Source: Anaerolineae bacterium | Lineage (GTDB): Bacteria > Chloroflexota > Anaerolineae > Epilineales > Epilineaceae | Assembly (NCBI GenBank): GCA_034432155.1 | Contig: DAOUCP010000113.1 | Coordinates: 40-64,039 of the forward strand | Direction of reading: 5' to 3' | DNA length: 64,000 bases | Shown here: positions 19,925-29,403 of the stretch, piece after piece | Position numbering within the stretch: position 1 is the first letter of the stretch | Layout: each line of letters begins with the position of its first letter | Notes under the pieces: generated by a model | Told to the model about the DNA's origin: nothing | Database searches by the model: none | What the model saw: the letters and a program-made list of their open reading frames with translations, nothing else | Made by a program: the position numbers and the translations under genes

Positions 19925-21352
19925 ATGTCCTGCCGATCTCTGCGCCCGCACCTTCTCGTGGCCGGCCTCGCGGCCGCGGTAGGTGCCAGCTTGAGCAGCG
20001 CCACCGTCGTCACCTCCCAGGTCGTCGCAGCACCCGCCAGGCAACCACCGTCCACGAGCCCCGGCGAGCGCCCATCGGCGGTGCCGCCGGCACCGACGCT
20101 CATGCAGGGCGAGCCCCGACCCGCGGCGACGCAACCACCCCTCGCAGCGCCAGGCGAACCCCTATCGGTGGTCACCCAAGCGGTCAACGCACGTTCGGGG
20201 TCGCGCCGAGCGGTGGCCGCCACCCAACCGTTGGGACTGCTGATTCCCGATAGCGAGTTTGTCTATGGCCCGACGGGCTACGGCTTCGACACCGCCCGCT
20301 TCGTGTCCGAACAGCAGGGCTTCCTCGCCGGCTACGCCGAGGTCGTCGCGGGCCAGACGCTGTCTGGGGCCGAGATCATCGATCGCCTGGCGCGCGAACT
20401 GAGCCTTGGCCCTCGGATGCTTTTGACGCTGATGGAGATGCACAGCGGCTGGGTCACCGAACCCCAGCCGGCCAACCAGCTCTATCCCGTGCCCGAGCCG
20501 GTGCCCGGTTTGGATGCTGCGCTCCGAATGGCCGCCGGTAGGCTCCTCACCGCGTACTACGAACACCGCCGTGGCGGCCAGCCTACCGTCCTGCTGGCCG
20601 ACGGCAACCAGGTGACCATCCCTGGCTCGAATGCCGGCTCGTACGCTCTGCTGTCGTACTTTGCACGCGCCGAGAGTGCCCAGACCTTTGCCGCCCTCGG
20701 CGCCGCTAGTCGCTTCTACGTCACCTGGACCAGCTTATTTGGCGATCCCTACTTCTACGACAGCAGCGCCACCTTGCCCCAGGCACCACAGGTCGCGCTG
20801 GAACTTCCGTTCCCCGCCGGGGAGATGTGGTTCTACGTGTCGGGCCCGCGCAGCGCTGCCGGCCCCTACGGGCCGCTCGCGGCCATCGATTTCGCCCCTC
20901 CGCCGCCCGAGACCAGTGACTGCGGACCTTCGTCCGCCTGGGTGCTGGCCGCAGCCTCAGGTCGCATCGCCCGCTCCGACCAGCGTGAGTTGGTCGTCGA
21001 CCTCGATGGCGACGGCTTCGAGGGCAGTGGCTGGGTGCATGTGTACCGCCATCTGAGCCTCGTCGAACGCGCCTCCGAGGGGCAGCGCGTCAAGAGGGGC
21101 GATCGCCTTGGCCATCCGGGCTGCGAGGGCTCGGCCGGCCCGCCGGCTCGTGTCAGCTTCGCCCGTCGCTACAATGGCGAGTGGATTGCCGTCGACGACG
21201 CCCGGCAGCCGTTGCTCTTGGGCGGCTGGCTGGCGGTCCCCGGCCGGGCAGCGGGCGAGGGCTATCTGATCCATTCGGGGGCGACGACCTTGACCGCTGC
21301 GAATGCCAAGGTGCCTGGCAGCAATGGCGTCCTGGTCATGCCCACGCCGTGA
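19925..21352 (+). CDS. Secreted M23/LasA-like peptidase-family protein (zinc ligands appear degenerate)
   Basis: Signal peptide; pro-region FVYGP..FD; mature part LELPF..G.MWFY..GP..AAIDFAP..VLAAASGRI..VDLDGDG.EGSGW..VY.HL..V.RGD.LGHPGCEG. Confidence 0.7.
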   Translation: MSCRSLRPHLLVAGLAAAVGASLSSATVVTSQVVAAPARQPPSTSPGERPSAVPPAPTLMQGEPRPAATQPPLAAPGEPLSVVTQAVNARSGSRRAVAATQPLGLLIPDSEFVYGPTGYGFDTARFVSEQQGFLAGYAEVVAGQTLSGAEIIDRLARELSLGPRMLLTLMEMHSGWVTEPQPANQLYPVPEPVPGLDAALRMAAGRLLTAYYEHRRGGQPTVLLADGNQVTIPGSNAGSYALLSYFARAESAQTFAALGAASRFYVTWTSLFGDPYFYDSSATLPQAPQVALELPFPAGEMWFYVSGPRSAAGPYGPLAAIDFAPPPPETSDCGPSSAWVLAAASGRIARSDQRELVVDLDGDGFEGSGWVHVYRHLSLVERASEGQRVKRGDRLGHPGCEGSAGPPARVSFARRYNGEWIAVDDARQPLLLGGWLAVPGRAAGEGYLIHSGATTLTAANAKVPGSNGVLVMPTP

Positions 21353-21440
21353 TCGGCCGCTCGCGGGCAGGCAGGGACCAGACAGCGGTGATCGTCTTCA
21401 GCGATGAGCCTGATCCGCCGCTCGCAGGGAGACAGCGCCC

Positions 21441-22475
21441 ATGAGCTTCTATGCCTATGCCACCCGGCTTCTACGACTCTGGCGACTGTGGGTGCTCGTG
21501 CTAGTGGGCATCGGTGTCGTCGCCAGCCTCGGCAGTCGGAACTTGCTGGCCCCGGCAGCCCGAACTTGCCCGCAGGCACCCACGCTGGGTCCGGACGTCG
21601 AGCCGCAGGTGCGCGAACGGCTGACCCGTTTACACGAACTGGGGCTCTTGTACTGCGGCGGCACCCAGGATACCTTCCAGTCGCTGGACGGGCTGGTGTA
21701 CTGGGGATCGGATGGTCTGGTGAGCATCCTCTTCTTCCAGCTCACCCGGCCTGACGATGTAACGGTAACCCGGTACGTCTTTGGTAGCGGCTATCCCCCC
21801 TCCCCCGTCGGCGATGGTCCAGCGCCAGGACTGGAGGCAGTAAGTGGCGAGCCGACGACGCTCAACCAGGCGCCCGCTGGATCGCCCTACTACTACCGTC
21901 TGGACGGCGCGCCAGCCGACGACGACTATGCCATCACCGTCGATCTCCGTGGCACCGCGCGCCAGAACCGCGGGCTCCAGAAGCGCAGCTTCTGGCGAGA
22001 CCTCGACCAGCTCCTGGCGATCGTTCGGCACCGGACGTTGCATCCAGAAGTCGTCACCGGCCAAGCCCGGGTGGCCCTGCCTATCCTGCCAGATCGCTGG
22101 CGGGAGCTTCGAGCGCGCGAGGTCAATCCGGCCTTCGCCACCGAGAAGGGGAGGGCCAGTGTCAGCCGGCTGGAGGCGGCAAATCCCCTGTCACCGACGA
22201 TCTACCAGCTGGTGAACGGTCCGCTGGCAAGCACCGTCTGGGTCGCCGGAGTGGTGACGGACACGTTTCGGGCAGCCACACTGGCTGCGCCCGATGGACG
22301 CCTCGTCGCTCCGCTGGCCGTCACGATGTGGCGCAACAGCTTGCAGCGCGCCGTCGTGTCCATCGCCTTCCCCGCCCAGAGCGCCGCCACGACGTACGAG
22401 CTGCGCCTCGGTTCGCCCGGCATGGGGGAGCCCACCGCCACCGGGCCCTGGGCACTGCCCGTTCGGTTCCCGTAG
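21441..22475 (+). CDS. Hypothetical membrane-anchored exported protein
   Basis: N-terminal TM helix, 344 aa, typical codon bias, GGGAG RBS. Confidence 0.7.
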   Translation: MSFYAYATRLLRLWRLWVLVLVGIGVVASLGSRNLLAPAARTCPQAPTLGPDVEPQVRERLTRLHELGLLYCGGTQDTFQSLDGLVYWGSDGLVSILFFQLTRPDDVTVTRYVFGSGYPPSPVGDGPAPGLEAVSGEPTTLNQAPAGSPYYYRLDGAPADDDYAITVDLRGTARQNRGLQKRSFWRDLDQLLAIVRHRTLHPEVVTGQARVALPILPDRWRELRAREVNPAFATEKGRASVSRLEAANPLSPTIYQLVNGPLASTVWVAGVVTDTFRAATLAAPDGRLVAPLAVTMWRNSLQRAVVSIAFPAQSAATTYELRLGSPGMGEPTATGPWALPVRFP

Positions 22476-22552
22476 TGGCGCATCCCCCGCTCCCATCCCA
22501 CGCGCGAGGCTGCGCCCTGAACGCTTCGCCCCCATCCGAGGACCTGACTGCC

Positions 22553-23404
22553 ATGGCCGTTGCATCGGAACCGGAGAGCCTTGATGGCCTGCTGGCAGCG
22601 GCCGTGGAGATCGCACAGGCGGCCGGCGCGCTCATCCTGTCGCGCTTCCATGACGTGCATCGCGAGTCGCACAAGGGTTCGGCGCACAACCTAGTGACCG
22701 AGGTCGACCACGCCTCCGAGGAGCTCATCGTCGGCCACCTGCGGCGCCGCTTCCCTCACCACGCCGTGGTCGCCGAGGAAGCCCATCGGCTGGCCGGCGA
22801 TTTGCTCACCTGGTACGTGGATCCCCTGGACGGCACGAACAATTTCGCCCACGGCTATCCTGTGTTCGCCGTGAACCTTGCCGTGGCAAAGGGCGAAGAG
22901 GTCCTGGCGGCCGTCACCTACGATCCAACGCGGCACGAGCTGTTCACCGCGCTGCGTGGTGGCGGGGCGTGGCTGAACGGCAAGCCGATGCGCGTGTCCG
23001 GGCGCGATCGACTCGAAGAGTCGCTCGTGGCCACCGGCTTTCCGTACGACAAGGCCACCAACCCCGACAACAACTTGGTCGAGTTCGCAGCCATCATGCC
23101 CCGCGTTCGCGGCATCCGGCGCGGCGGCAGCGCGGCACTCGACCTGGCCTACGTTGCCTGCGGCCGACTCGACGGCTACTGGGAGCGGGGCATGAACGCC
23201 TGGGACGTGGCGAGCGGTCTGCTGTTGGTCTCCGAGGCTGGCGGCCAGGTTACGGATTACGACGGCCGCGAGCCCACTCTGACCGGCGGTCGCCACGTAG
23301 CCACGAACGGTCGGCTTCATCCGCGCCTCTTGGAGCGGCTGCAATGGGCACGGGGCCGTAGCGCGTCGCACGCGCAGGAGGGCGCAAGCGCCTCGCATGG
23401 CTGA
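22553..23404 (+). CDS. suhB: Inositol monophosphatase family protein
   Basis: LVTEVD, AEE, WYVDPLDGTNNF, RRGGSAALDL, WDVASG motifs. Confidence 0.93.
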   Translation: MAVASEPESLDGLLAAAVEIAQAAGALILSRFHDVHRESHKGSAHNLVTEVDHASEELIVGHLRRRFPHHAVVAEEAHRLAGDLLTWYVDPLDGTNNFAHGYPVFAVNLAVAKGEEVLAAVTYDPTRHELFTALRGGGAWLNGKPMRVSGRDRLEESLVATGFPYDKATNPDNNLVEFAAIMPRVRGIRRGGSAALDLAYVACGRLDGYWERGMNAWDVASGLLLVSEAGGQVTDYDGREPTLTGGRHVATNGRLHPRLLERLQWARGRSASHAQEGASASHG

Positions 23405-24002
23405 GTTTCTCGCGACCCGTGAGGTGCCGGGCGGCACGCGGATCACCATCGTCATCGGCGATCTTTGTGATCAGTCGGTGGATGCCATCGTGAACGCCGC
23501 CAACAGCCGGCTCGCCCACGGCGGTGGTGTCGCCGCCGCCATCGTCCGTCGGGGTGGGGAAGAGATCCAGCGGGAGAGCGATCGCTGGCTGCGCCAGCAC
23601 GGGCTGGCGACCCACGATCGACCGGCCTTGACGGGCGCCGGGCGACTACCTTGCCGGGCCGTCATCCATGCCGTAGGGCCGGTGTGGCGTGGTGGCGAAG
23701 CCGGGGAGGACGAGGCACTGGCCACGGCTTATCGCGCCAGCCTGCGGCTGGCGAAGGAGCAAGGATTCGAAAGCCTCGCCATGCCGTCGATCAGCACCGG
23801 CATCTTCGGCTTTCCACTGCCCCGCGCTGCCCGGATTGCGGTGGCCGCGGTGGCCGACTTCTTGCGCCTCCACCCCCAAGGCCCCGTCCGCGAAGTGCGC
23901 TTCGTGCTGCGCGATGCGGCGACGGCGGCGGTGTATGCGACCGCCCTGAACGAACTCGAGCTCGCCGATTCGGATGAGGCCGCCCTCCCTGAATCACCCT
24001 GA
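23397..24002 (+). CDS. Macro domain protein (ADP-ribosylhydrolase / O-acetyl-ADP-ribose deacetylase family)
   Basis: GDL, DAIVNAANSRLAHGGGVAAAI, VIHAVGP, SISTGIFGFP; overlaps suhB stop. Confidence 0.93.
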   Translation: MAEFLATREVPGGTRITIVIGDLCDQSVDAIVNAANSRLAHGGGVAAAIVRRGGEEIQRESDRWLRQHGLATHDRPALTGAGRLPCRAVIHAVGPVWRGGEAGEDEALATAYRASLRLAKEQGFESLAMPSISTGIFGFPLPRAARIAVAAVADFLRLHPQGPVREVRFVLRDAATAAVYATALNELELADSDEAALPESP

Positions 24003-24060
24003 GCTCGCCGATTCGGATGAGGCGCCCTCCCCGGACCAACCTGAGCTCGCCGATTCGGAT
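23958..24060 (+). repeat. Three copies of gagctcgccgattcggat at 42-43 bp period across the macro gene 3' end
   Basis: Copies start at 23958, 24001 and 24043. Confidence 0.85.
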
Positions 24061-24362
24061 ACAGCCCCTGCCTGAGGTGCCGGCGGCGGCACGGGGCTCA
24101 CGACGGATCGCTGCACCAGGACCTCCCAGGCGTCGCACTCGATCGCGTGACCGATCGTCACAGCGTAAACGGGACACCAAGCCCTCCGAGCCGTCAGACT
24201 CGCCCCGGCGGGCCATCCGTGCTAAGGTCGGGGCGCGAAGGGCGGTGCCGCACGGCCGGTTCCACGCTGTGCAGAGCGCACCGTGACTCCAACGGGGCCA
24301 ACGGACCATCGGCCGCCGTGGTCCGTGGTTCGTGACCCACCGGCAACGAGAGGTGACGGACG

Positions 24363-25487
24363 ATGCATCGAAACCGAGCATGGATTCTGCCCCTGTGTCT
24401 GTCGATTGCCGCGACGCTCGTGAGCGGCTGTCTGGGCATGCGCTCGGAGGGTGGCCCCCCACCCACCGGCGCAACGGCTGAGCTTTCCCCCTGGCAGATG
24501 CTTAGCGTCACCGTCGCGCCACAGCCTGTGCCATGTCCGGATGACCCCGCGAAAAGCTGTCTCGAAGTTCGCTTCGGCCCGGGCGAGCCATACCAGGCTC
24601 TCGCCGAGCCTATCGAGGGCTTCGCTTACGAGGCGGGCTACGAGTACGAACTGGTCGTCGAACGTCAGACGTCGGCCACCCCGGCCGCCAGCGGCCAGGC
24701 AGTCCGCTACCGCCTGATCCAGGTGGTCGCCAAGGTTCCGGCGACTGCGGTGCCGGCCACCCCAGGCTCCCAGAGTGGCCTACTCGAAGGCCGCATCTGG
24801 CAGCTCGTAACGCAACGCTCGGCAACAGGAGAGACGGTGCCGGCACTCGCCGGCACGCCGGTCGAAGCCCGATTCGTCGAGGGCAACGTGGCCGGCAATA
24901 CGGGCTGCAATAGCTACAATGCCGCCTACGTTCTGCAGGGCCAAAGCCTCACGATCCAGCCACCGGTCACCACCTTGATCGGGTGCGACAAGGAGCGCAT
25001 GACGCAGGAGAAGGCGTTCCTGGCTAACTTGAGCGCTGTGCGCAGCTTCCAGATCGAGGATGAGCGTCTCGTTCTGCACGATGAGGCTGGCGCGACGCTC
25101 GCCACCTTCCGCGCTGCTGTCAGCGCCGCCAGCTCGACCGCCTCGCTGACAGGCACCGTTTGGCGCTGGGTGGCGTCCTACTATGCGAACGAGACGGCGA
25201 CGGTAGTCGACGATCCCACCAAGTACACGCTGGAGTTCAGACCCGAGGGCGAGCTGGAGGTCCAGGCCGACTGCAACACGCTCATCGGCTCGTACCGCGA
25301 GGAGAACGGCGGGCTCACCATCCGGCTCGAGACGACTACGTTGGCCGTTTGCCCGGAGGGTTCCCTGGCGGAGAAGTTCCTCGCCGAGCTCAAGGACGTC
25401 GCCACCTACGTTCTGCCCGAGGCCGGGACACTCGTCCTCAACATGAAGATGGACGCGGGCGATCTGCAGTTCACCGCGGCACCCTAG
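24363..25487 (+). CDS. Lipoprotein with DUF4377 and two META domains
   Basis: Lipobox LVSGC; IEGFAYEAGYEYEL (DUF4377); GNTGCNSY..TTLIGC..QE..FL and ADCN...TTLAVC (META). Confidence 0.88.
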   Translation: MHRNRAWILPLCLSIAATLVSGCLGMRSEGGPPPTGATAELSPWQMLSVTVAPQPVPCPDDPAKSCLEVRFGPGEPYQALAEPIEGFAYEAGYEYELVVERQTSATPAASGQAVRYRLIQVVAKVPATAVPATPGSQSGLLEGRIWQLVTQRSATGETVPALAGTPVEARFVEGNVAGNTGCNSYNAAYVLQGQSLTIQPPVTTLIGCDKERMTQEKAFLANLSAVRSFQIEDERLVLHDEAGATLATFRAAVSAASSTASLTGTVWRWVASYYANETATVVDDPTKYTLEFRPEGELEVQADCNTLIGSYREENGGLTIRLETTTLAVCPEGSLAEKFLAELKDVATYVLPEAGTLVLNMKMDAGDLQFTAAP

Positions 25488-25552
25488 TCTCACGCACCGG
25501 TCGCCCTGACAGGTGCGCCGCGCATGACGCGACGGCCCGTGAGGGTCGGCAC

Positions 25553-25580
25553 TTGACGTCGGGATCACGCCTGTTACCAT
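25553..25580 (+). promoter_or_regulatory. sigma70-type promoter of hbd (TTGACG-16-TACCAT, extended TG)
   Basis: -35 at 25553-25558, -10 at 25575-25580, 6 nt before the ATG. Confidence 0.55.
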
Positions 25581-25586
25581 AGCGCC

Positions 25587-26462
25587 ATGGCGACAGAACA
25601 CAGCATCTCCATCCAAAAGGTTGGCGTTGTCGGTTGCGGACTGATGGGGGCAGGCATCGTCGAGGTGTGCGCCCGCAAGGGCCTTACGGTGGTCTTCCGC
25701 GAGATTTCAGACGACCTCGTCGCCCATGGCTCGGCGCTCATCAAGAAGTCACTCGACCGCGCCCTAGAGCGTGGCAAGCTGAGCGCGGAGGAGCATGCGG
25801 CGACGCTGGCACGCATCCAAGGGACGACGGCCTATGACGACATGGCAGACTGCGATCTGGTGATCGAGGCGGTCATCGAGAATCTGGGCCTCAAGACGGA
25901 GGTGTTCAGCAAGCTCGATCAGCTGACGCCACCCCATGCCATTCTGGCCTCCAACACCTCATCGCTGTCCATCACCAGCCTGGCTGCGGCTACCCGGCGG
26001 CCAGACAGAGTCATCGGCATGCATTTCTTCAACCCGGTGCCGGTGATGCCGCTGCTCGAGCTGGTGCTGGGACTGCAGACCAGCCAGGAGACCCTGGCTA
26101 CCGCTCGCCGACTCGGCGAGGCATTGGGCAAAACGATCGTTGTCGCTGCCAAGGACAACCCGGGCTTCATCGTCAACCTGCTCTTCGTCCCGTACGCCTT
26201 GGATGCCATCCGCGCTTTGGAGCAAGGCGTGGCGAGCAAGGAAGACATCGATACCGCGATGAAGCTGGGCATGAACCATCCGATGGGGCCGTTCGAGCTG
26301 ATGGACTTCGTTGGGCTCGATACCATGCTCTTCATCGCCGATGCCATGTTTGGCGAAACACGCGATGCGCGCTACGCCGCCCCGCCGTTGCTGCGACGAA
26401 TGGTGACCGCCGGGCGGTACGGGCGCAAGGCTGGCCTGGGCTTCTACGACTACCGCAAATAG
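25587..26462 (+). CDS. hbd: 3-hydroxybutyryl-CoA dehydrogenase
   Basis: VGCGLMGAGI Rossmann motif, VIEAVIEN, ILASNTSSL, GMHFFNPVP, HPMGPFEL. Confidence 0.93.
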   Translation: MATEHSISIQKVGVVGCGLMGAGIVEVCARKGLTVVFREISDDLVAHGSALIKKSLDRALERGKLSAEEHAATLARIQGTTAYDDMADCDLVIEAVIENLGLKTEVFSKLDQLTPPHAILASNTSSLSITSLAAATRRPDRVIGMHFFNPVPVMPLLELVLGLQTSQETLATARRLGEALGKTIVVAAKDNPGFIVNLLFVPYALDAIRALEQGVASKEDIDTAMKLGMNHPMGPFELMDFVGLDTMLFIADAMFGETRDARYAAPPLLRRMVTAGRYGRKAGLGFYDYRK

Positions 26463-26758
26463 GCCGTTCCGAGCGGCCAGCCTGGGGGTGACCCCGGGGC
26501 CAAATGGGAGACGTTCGGTCCGAGAACCGCCCCGAACGAAGTGGTGAGCGGTCGGCCTGGGAATGGCCCTGGGCGAACGAAGGAACAGTGCGGCGGCACG
26601 CGCCGCGGCGAACCTCGTCGGCAGGACGGACAGCGCGCTGCGGCCGCCGTGCGGTGCTGCACGCCGCGCGAAGCCTCGCCTTGGGGACGATCAGCACGCG
26701 CCCGCTGCCCGGACCGCGGCACGCGCCGCGGGTGGCCTCGCCTTCGTTGCGGGCAACG

Positions 26759-27946
26759 CTAGCGCAGGTAGTCGCGTAGCTTGCGACTGCGCGTGGGGTG
26801 GCGCAGTCGTCGAATCGCCTTGGTTTCGATCTGGCGGATTCGTTCGCGCGTCACTCCCAGTGCGTCCCCGACTTCTTCGAGGGTATGCTGGCGACCGTCC
26901 ACCAGGCCGTAGCGCAGCTGCAGTACCTGCGCCTCGCGCTTCGAGAGGCCCTTCAACAGCTCACCGAGTTCCTCACGCAACAACTCGTGGCCGGCCAGCT
27001 CCGTGGGCTCGGGTGATCCGTCGTCGGCGATGAGGTCCACCAACTCCGAATCGGCCTCCTGGCCAACATTCATGTCCAGCGACAACGGCCGCCGGGCGAT
27101 CTCCAGGATCCGAACGACTCGTCGCGGTGGCAAGCTGAGCTCTTCGGCGATCTCCTCGACCGTCGGCTCACGCCCCAGCTCTTGTTCCAAACGACGGGAT
27201 GCCCCCATGACCTTGGCGATGAGCTCGGTCATGTGAACGGGTACTCGGATGGTGCGCGCCTGGTCAGCTAGGGCGCGGATGATGGACTGCCGAATCCACC
27301 AGGTGGCGTACGTGCTGAAGCGGTAGCCGCGGCGGAAGTCGTACTTCTCGACGGCCCGAATCAAGCCCAGACTGCCTTCCTGGACGAGGTCCAAGAGCGG
27401 CAGACCGTGGTTCATGTAGCGCTTGGCCACATGGACCACCAGGCGGCTGTTGGCTCGAATCAGGCGCTCGCGAGCCCGTCGGCCTTCCGCTACCCGCCGC
27501 TGCAGCTGCCGCACTTCCGACTCTTCCAGTTGCTGCAGCGCATCTGGATCGGCCAACATGCTCTCGGCCACACCGCCTTGCTCGTAGGCCCGAGCAAGCG
27601 CGATCTCCTCCTCGGCGCTGAGCAGCGGGATGGCGCCGATCTCCCGCAGGTAGAGCGCCACGATGTCGTCGGTCTCTTCGGCAGCGGGAGGGCGCGGTTG
27701 CCCCACCAGGGCAGACGCCGACGGCCGGCTGGCCAGCACCGTCACGTCAGCGTCGGGATCGCCCAGCTCGACATCGACGCCGGCTCTCGCCAGCCGGGCG
27801 TATACTTCTTCGACCTGATCGTCCGAAAGCCCACTCGCCTCAATCGCGTCTGCGATATCGTCGGTGACCAGCCTACCACGTGCTCGGGCCAATTCCTGCA
27901 GCCGAGCAACCACCGTAGCGACGTCAGAGGCGACACGATCGGCCAT
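26759..27946 (-). CDS. rpoD: RNA polymerase sigma-70 factor, RpoD/SigA family with region 1.1 (may be a paralogue rather than the primary sigma)
   Basis: LYLREIG..PLL, NSRLVV..AKRY, DLVQEG..GL.RAVEKYD..RGYRFSTYATWWIRQ, RTIRVPVHM, TLEEVG..GVTRERIRQIE. Confidence 0.9.
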   Translation of the reverse strand: MADRVASDVATVVARLQELARARGRLVTDDIADAIEASGLSDDQVEEVYARLARAGVDVELGDPDADVTVLASRPSASALVGQPRPPAAEETDDIVALYLREIGAIPLLSAEEEIALARAYEQGGVAESMLADPDALQQLEESEVRQLQRRVAEGRRARERLIRANSRLVVHVAKRYMNHGLPLLDLVQEGSLGLIRAVEKYDFRRGYRFSTYATWWIRQSIIRALADQARTIRVPVHMTELIAKVMGASRRLEQELGREPTVEEIAEELSLPPRRVVRILEIARRPLSLDMNVGQEADSELVDLIADDGSPEPTELAGHELLREELGELLKGLSKREAQVLQLRYGLVDGRQHTLEEVGDALGVTRERIRQIETKAIRRLRHPTRSRKLRDYLR

Positions 27947-28000
27947 CGTTTCTCGAATCCTGTGCCTGCCCACGGACACGGGCAAACCAGGCTGGCGCCA

Positions 28001-28028
28001 AGTGTAGCGCAGCCCATGGGAGTGTCAA
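28001..28028 (-). promoter_or_regulatory. sigma70-type promoter for the sigma gene (TTGACA-16-TACACT)
   Basis: Reverse complement of tgtcaa at 28023-28028 and agtgta at 28001-28006. Confidence 0.6.
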
Positions 28029-28074
28029 AGGCATTTCCCGGGCAGAGCGACTCGCCAGACAGCCATCCTGGCTG

Positions 28075-28083
28075 TGCTATACT
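28075..28083 (+). promoter_or_regulatory. Extended -10 element (TGcTATACT) for the phosphatase-DUF3090-SCO1664 operon
   Basis: About 40 nt upstream of ATG 28125. Confidence 0.5.
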
Positions 28084-28124
28084 AGCGCTCGTCCCGCGAC
28101 CCCCTCGAAGCCCCTGGCCACGCG

Positions 28125-28781
28125 ATGACCCAACTGCTCCTCATCCGTCACGCCCACAACGACTGGCTGAACGACCGGTTGGCGGGCTGGACGCCCGGGG
28201 TGGGTCTCAATGCCGAAGGCCACGCCGCAGCTCGGGCATTGGCCCAGCGGCTGGATCAGTATCCCATCGACGCCGTCTTTTCGAGCCCCCTGCAGCGCAC
28301 CCTCGAGACCGCGGCCTATCTCGCCGAGTCGCGGCACCTGACCATCCACGAGGAGCCGAACCTGGGGGAGGTGGATTGCGGCAGCTGGACGGGCCGCCGC
28401 CTGGAGGAGCTCCAGGCCGACCCATTGTGGGCTCATCTGCGCGTCTATCCGAGCGGCACCTGCCTGCCGAACGGGGAACACATCGCCGCGGTGCAACGTC
28501 GATCGGTGGCGGCGGTCGAGGCCATCGTCGCCGCCTGGCCCGAGGGAGTCGTGGCCATCGTTTCTCACGCCGACGTGATCAAGACGATCGTGGCCCACTA
28601 CGTCGGCATACCCCTGGACTTGTACCGTCGGTTGGAAATCGACCCGGCATCGCTGAGCGTGTTGCAGGTAACTGCCCAGGGTCCTCGACTGCTGCTCCTG
28701 AACGAGACGGGAGCTCTTCCCCCGCCACCCACCCCCAGCAGCCACAAGCCGGGAGCGGCTGGCAAACCCGCCACGCCCTGA
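28125..28781 (+). CDS. Histidine phosphatase, MSMEG_4193-like putative phosphomutase
   Basis: LLIRHA, LAGWTPGVGLN, SSPLQRTLETA, VSHADVIK. Confidence 0.88.
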   Translation: MTQLLLIRHAHNDWLNDRLAGWTPGVGLNAEGHAAARALAQRLDQYPIDAVFSSPLQRTLETAAYLAESRHLTIHEEPNLGEVDCGSWTGRRLEELQADPLWAHLRVYPSGTCLPNGEHIAAVQRRSVAAVEAIVAAWPEGVVAIVSHADVIKTIVAHYVGIPLDLYRRLEIDPASLSVLQVTAQGPRLLLLNETGALPPPPTPSSHKPGAAGKPATP

Positions 28782-28787
28782 GCGTCG

Positions 28788-29315
28788 ATGGCTGCCGAGT
28801 ACGATTTCGACCTAGACCCGGTGTCGTTCATCACCGTGGGCGCCGAGGGCCCGCCCGGTCACCGGACCTTCTACCTGCAGGCGGCTGCCGGGCAGGAAGT
28901 GCTGACGCTGACCATCGAGAAGGAGCAAGCCGCGGCCCTGGCGGAGAGCATCGAGCGCCTACTCGCCGCCTTGCAGCGCCACGATCCCGAATACGCCCGC
29001 CATGTCCAGCCGCTGCAGATGGACATGGCGCTCATTGAACCCCTGGATGCCAAGTTCCGGGTAGGCCAGATGGGCATCGGGGTTGACGAGGAGCGCCACG
29101 TCATCGTGCTGATCGCGCACGAGGGCCACGGCCAACCGTCGGCCATGCGAGCGCGATTTGTGGCTACCTACGAGCAGATGCTTACCATGGCCCGCCAGGC
29201 GGCCGCCGTGGTCGCCCAGGGCCGCCCGCTTTGCGACCTCTGCGGGGAGCCGATCGATCCGGACGGTCACTTCTGCGTTCGTCGGAACGGTCATAACGCC
29301 TGGCCACCCGCATAG
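28788..29315 (+). CDS. DUF3090 family protein
   Basis: ITVGAEGPPG.RTFYLQ, EKEQ..ALA, C.LCG.PIDP.GHFC.R.NGH. Confidence 0.9.
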   Translation: MAAEYDFDLDPVSFITVGAEGPPGHRTFYLQAAAGQEVLTLTIEKEQAAALAESIERLLAALQRHDPEYARHVQPLQMDMALIEPLDAKFRVGQMGIGVDEERHVIVLIAHEGHGQPSAMRARFVATYEQMLTMARQAAAVVAQGRPLCDLCGEPIDPDGHFCVRRNGHNAWPPA

Positions 29316-29403
29316 GAGTTGGTCATAGCGGCGGCAGGCGTCACAGGCGATGGCAACGGGAACCTCCCCGGTCGGGGGCCCGCAAGGCAGACACGCGAGT
29401 AGG

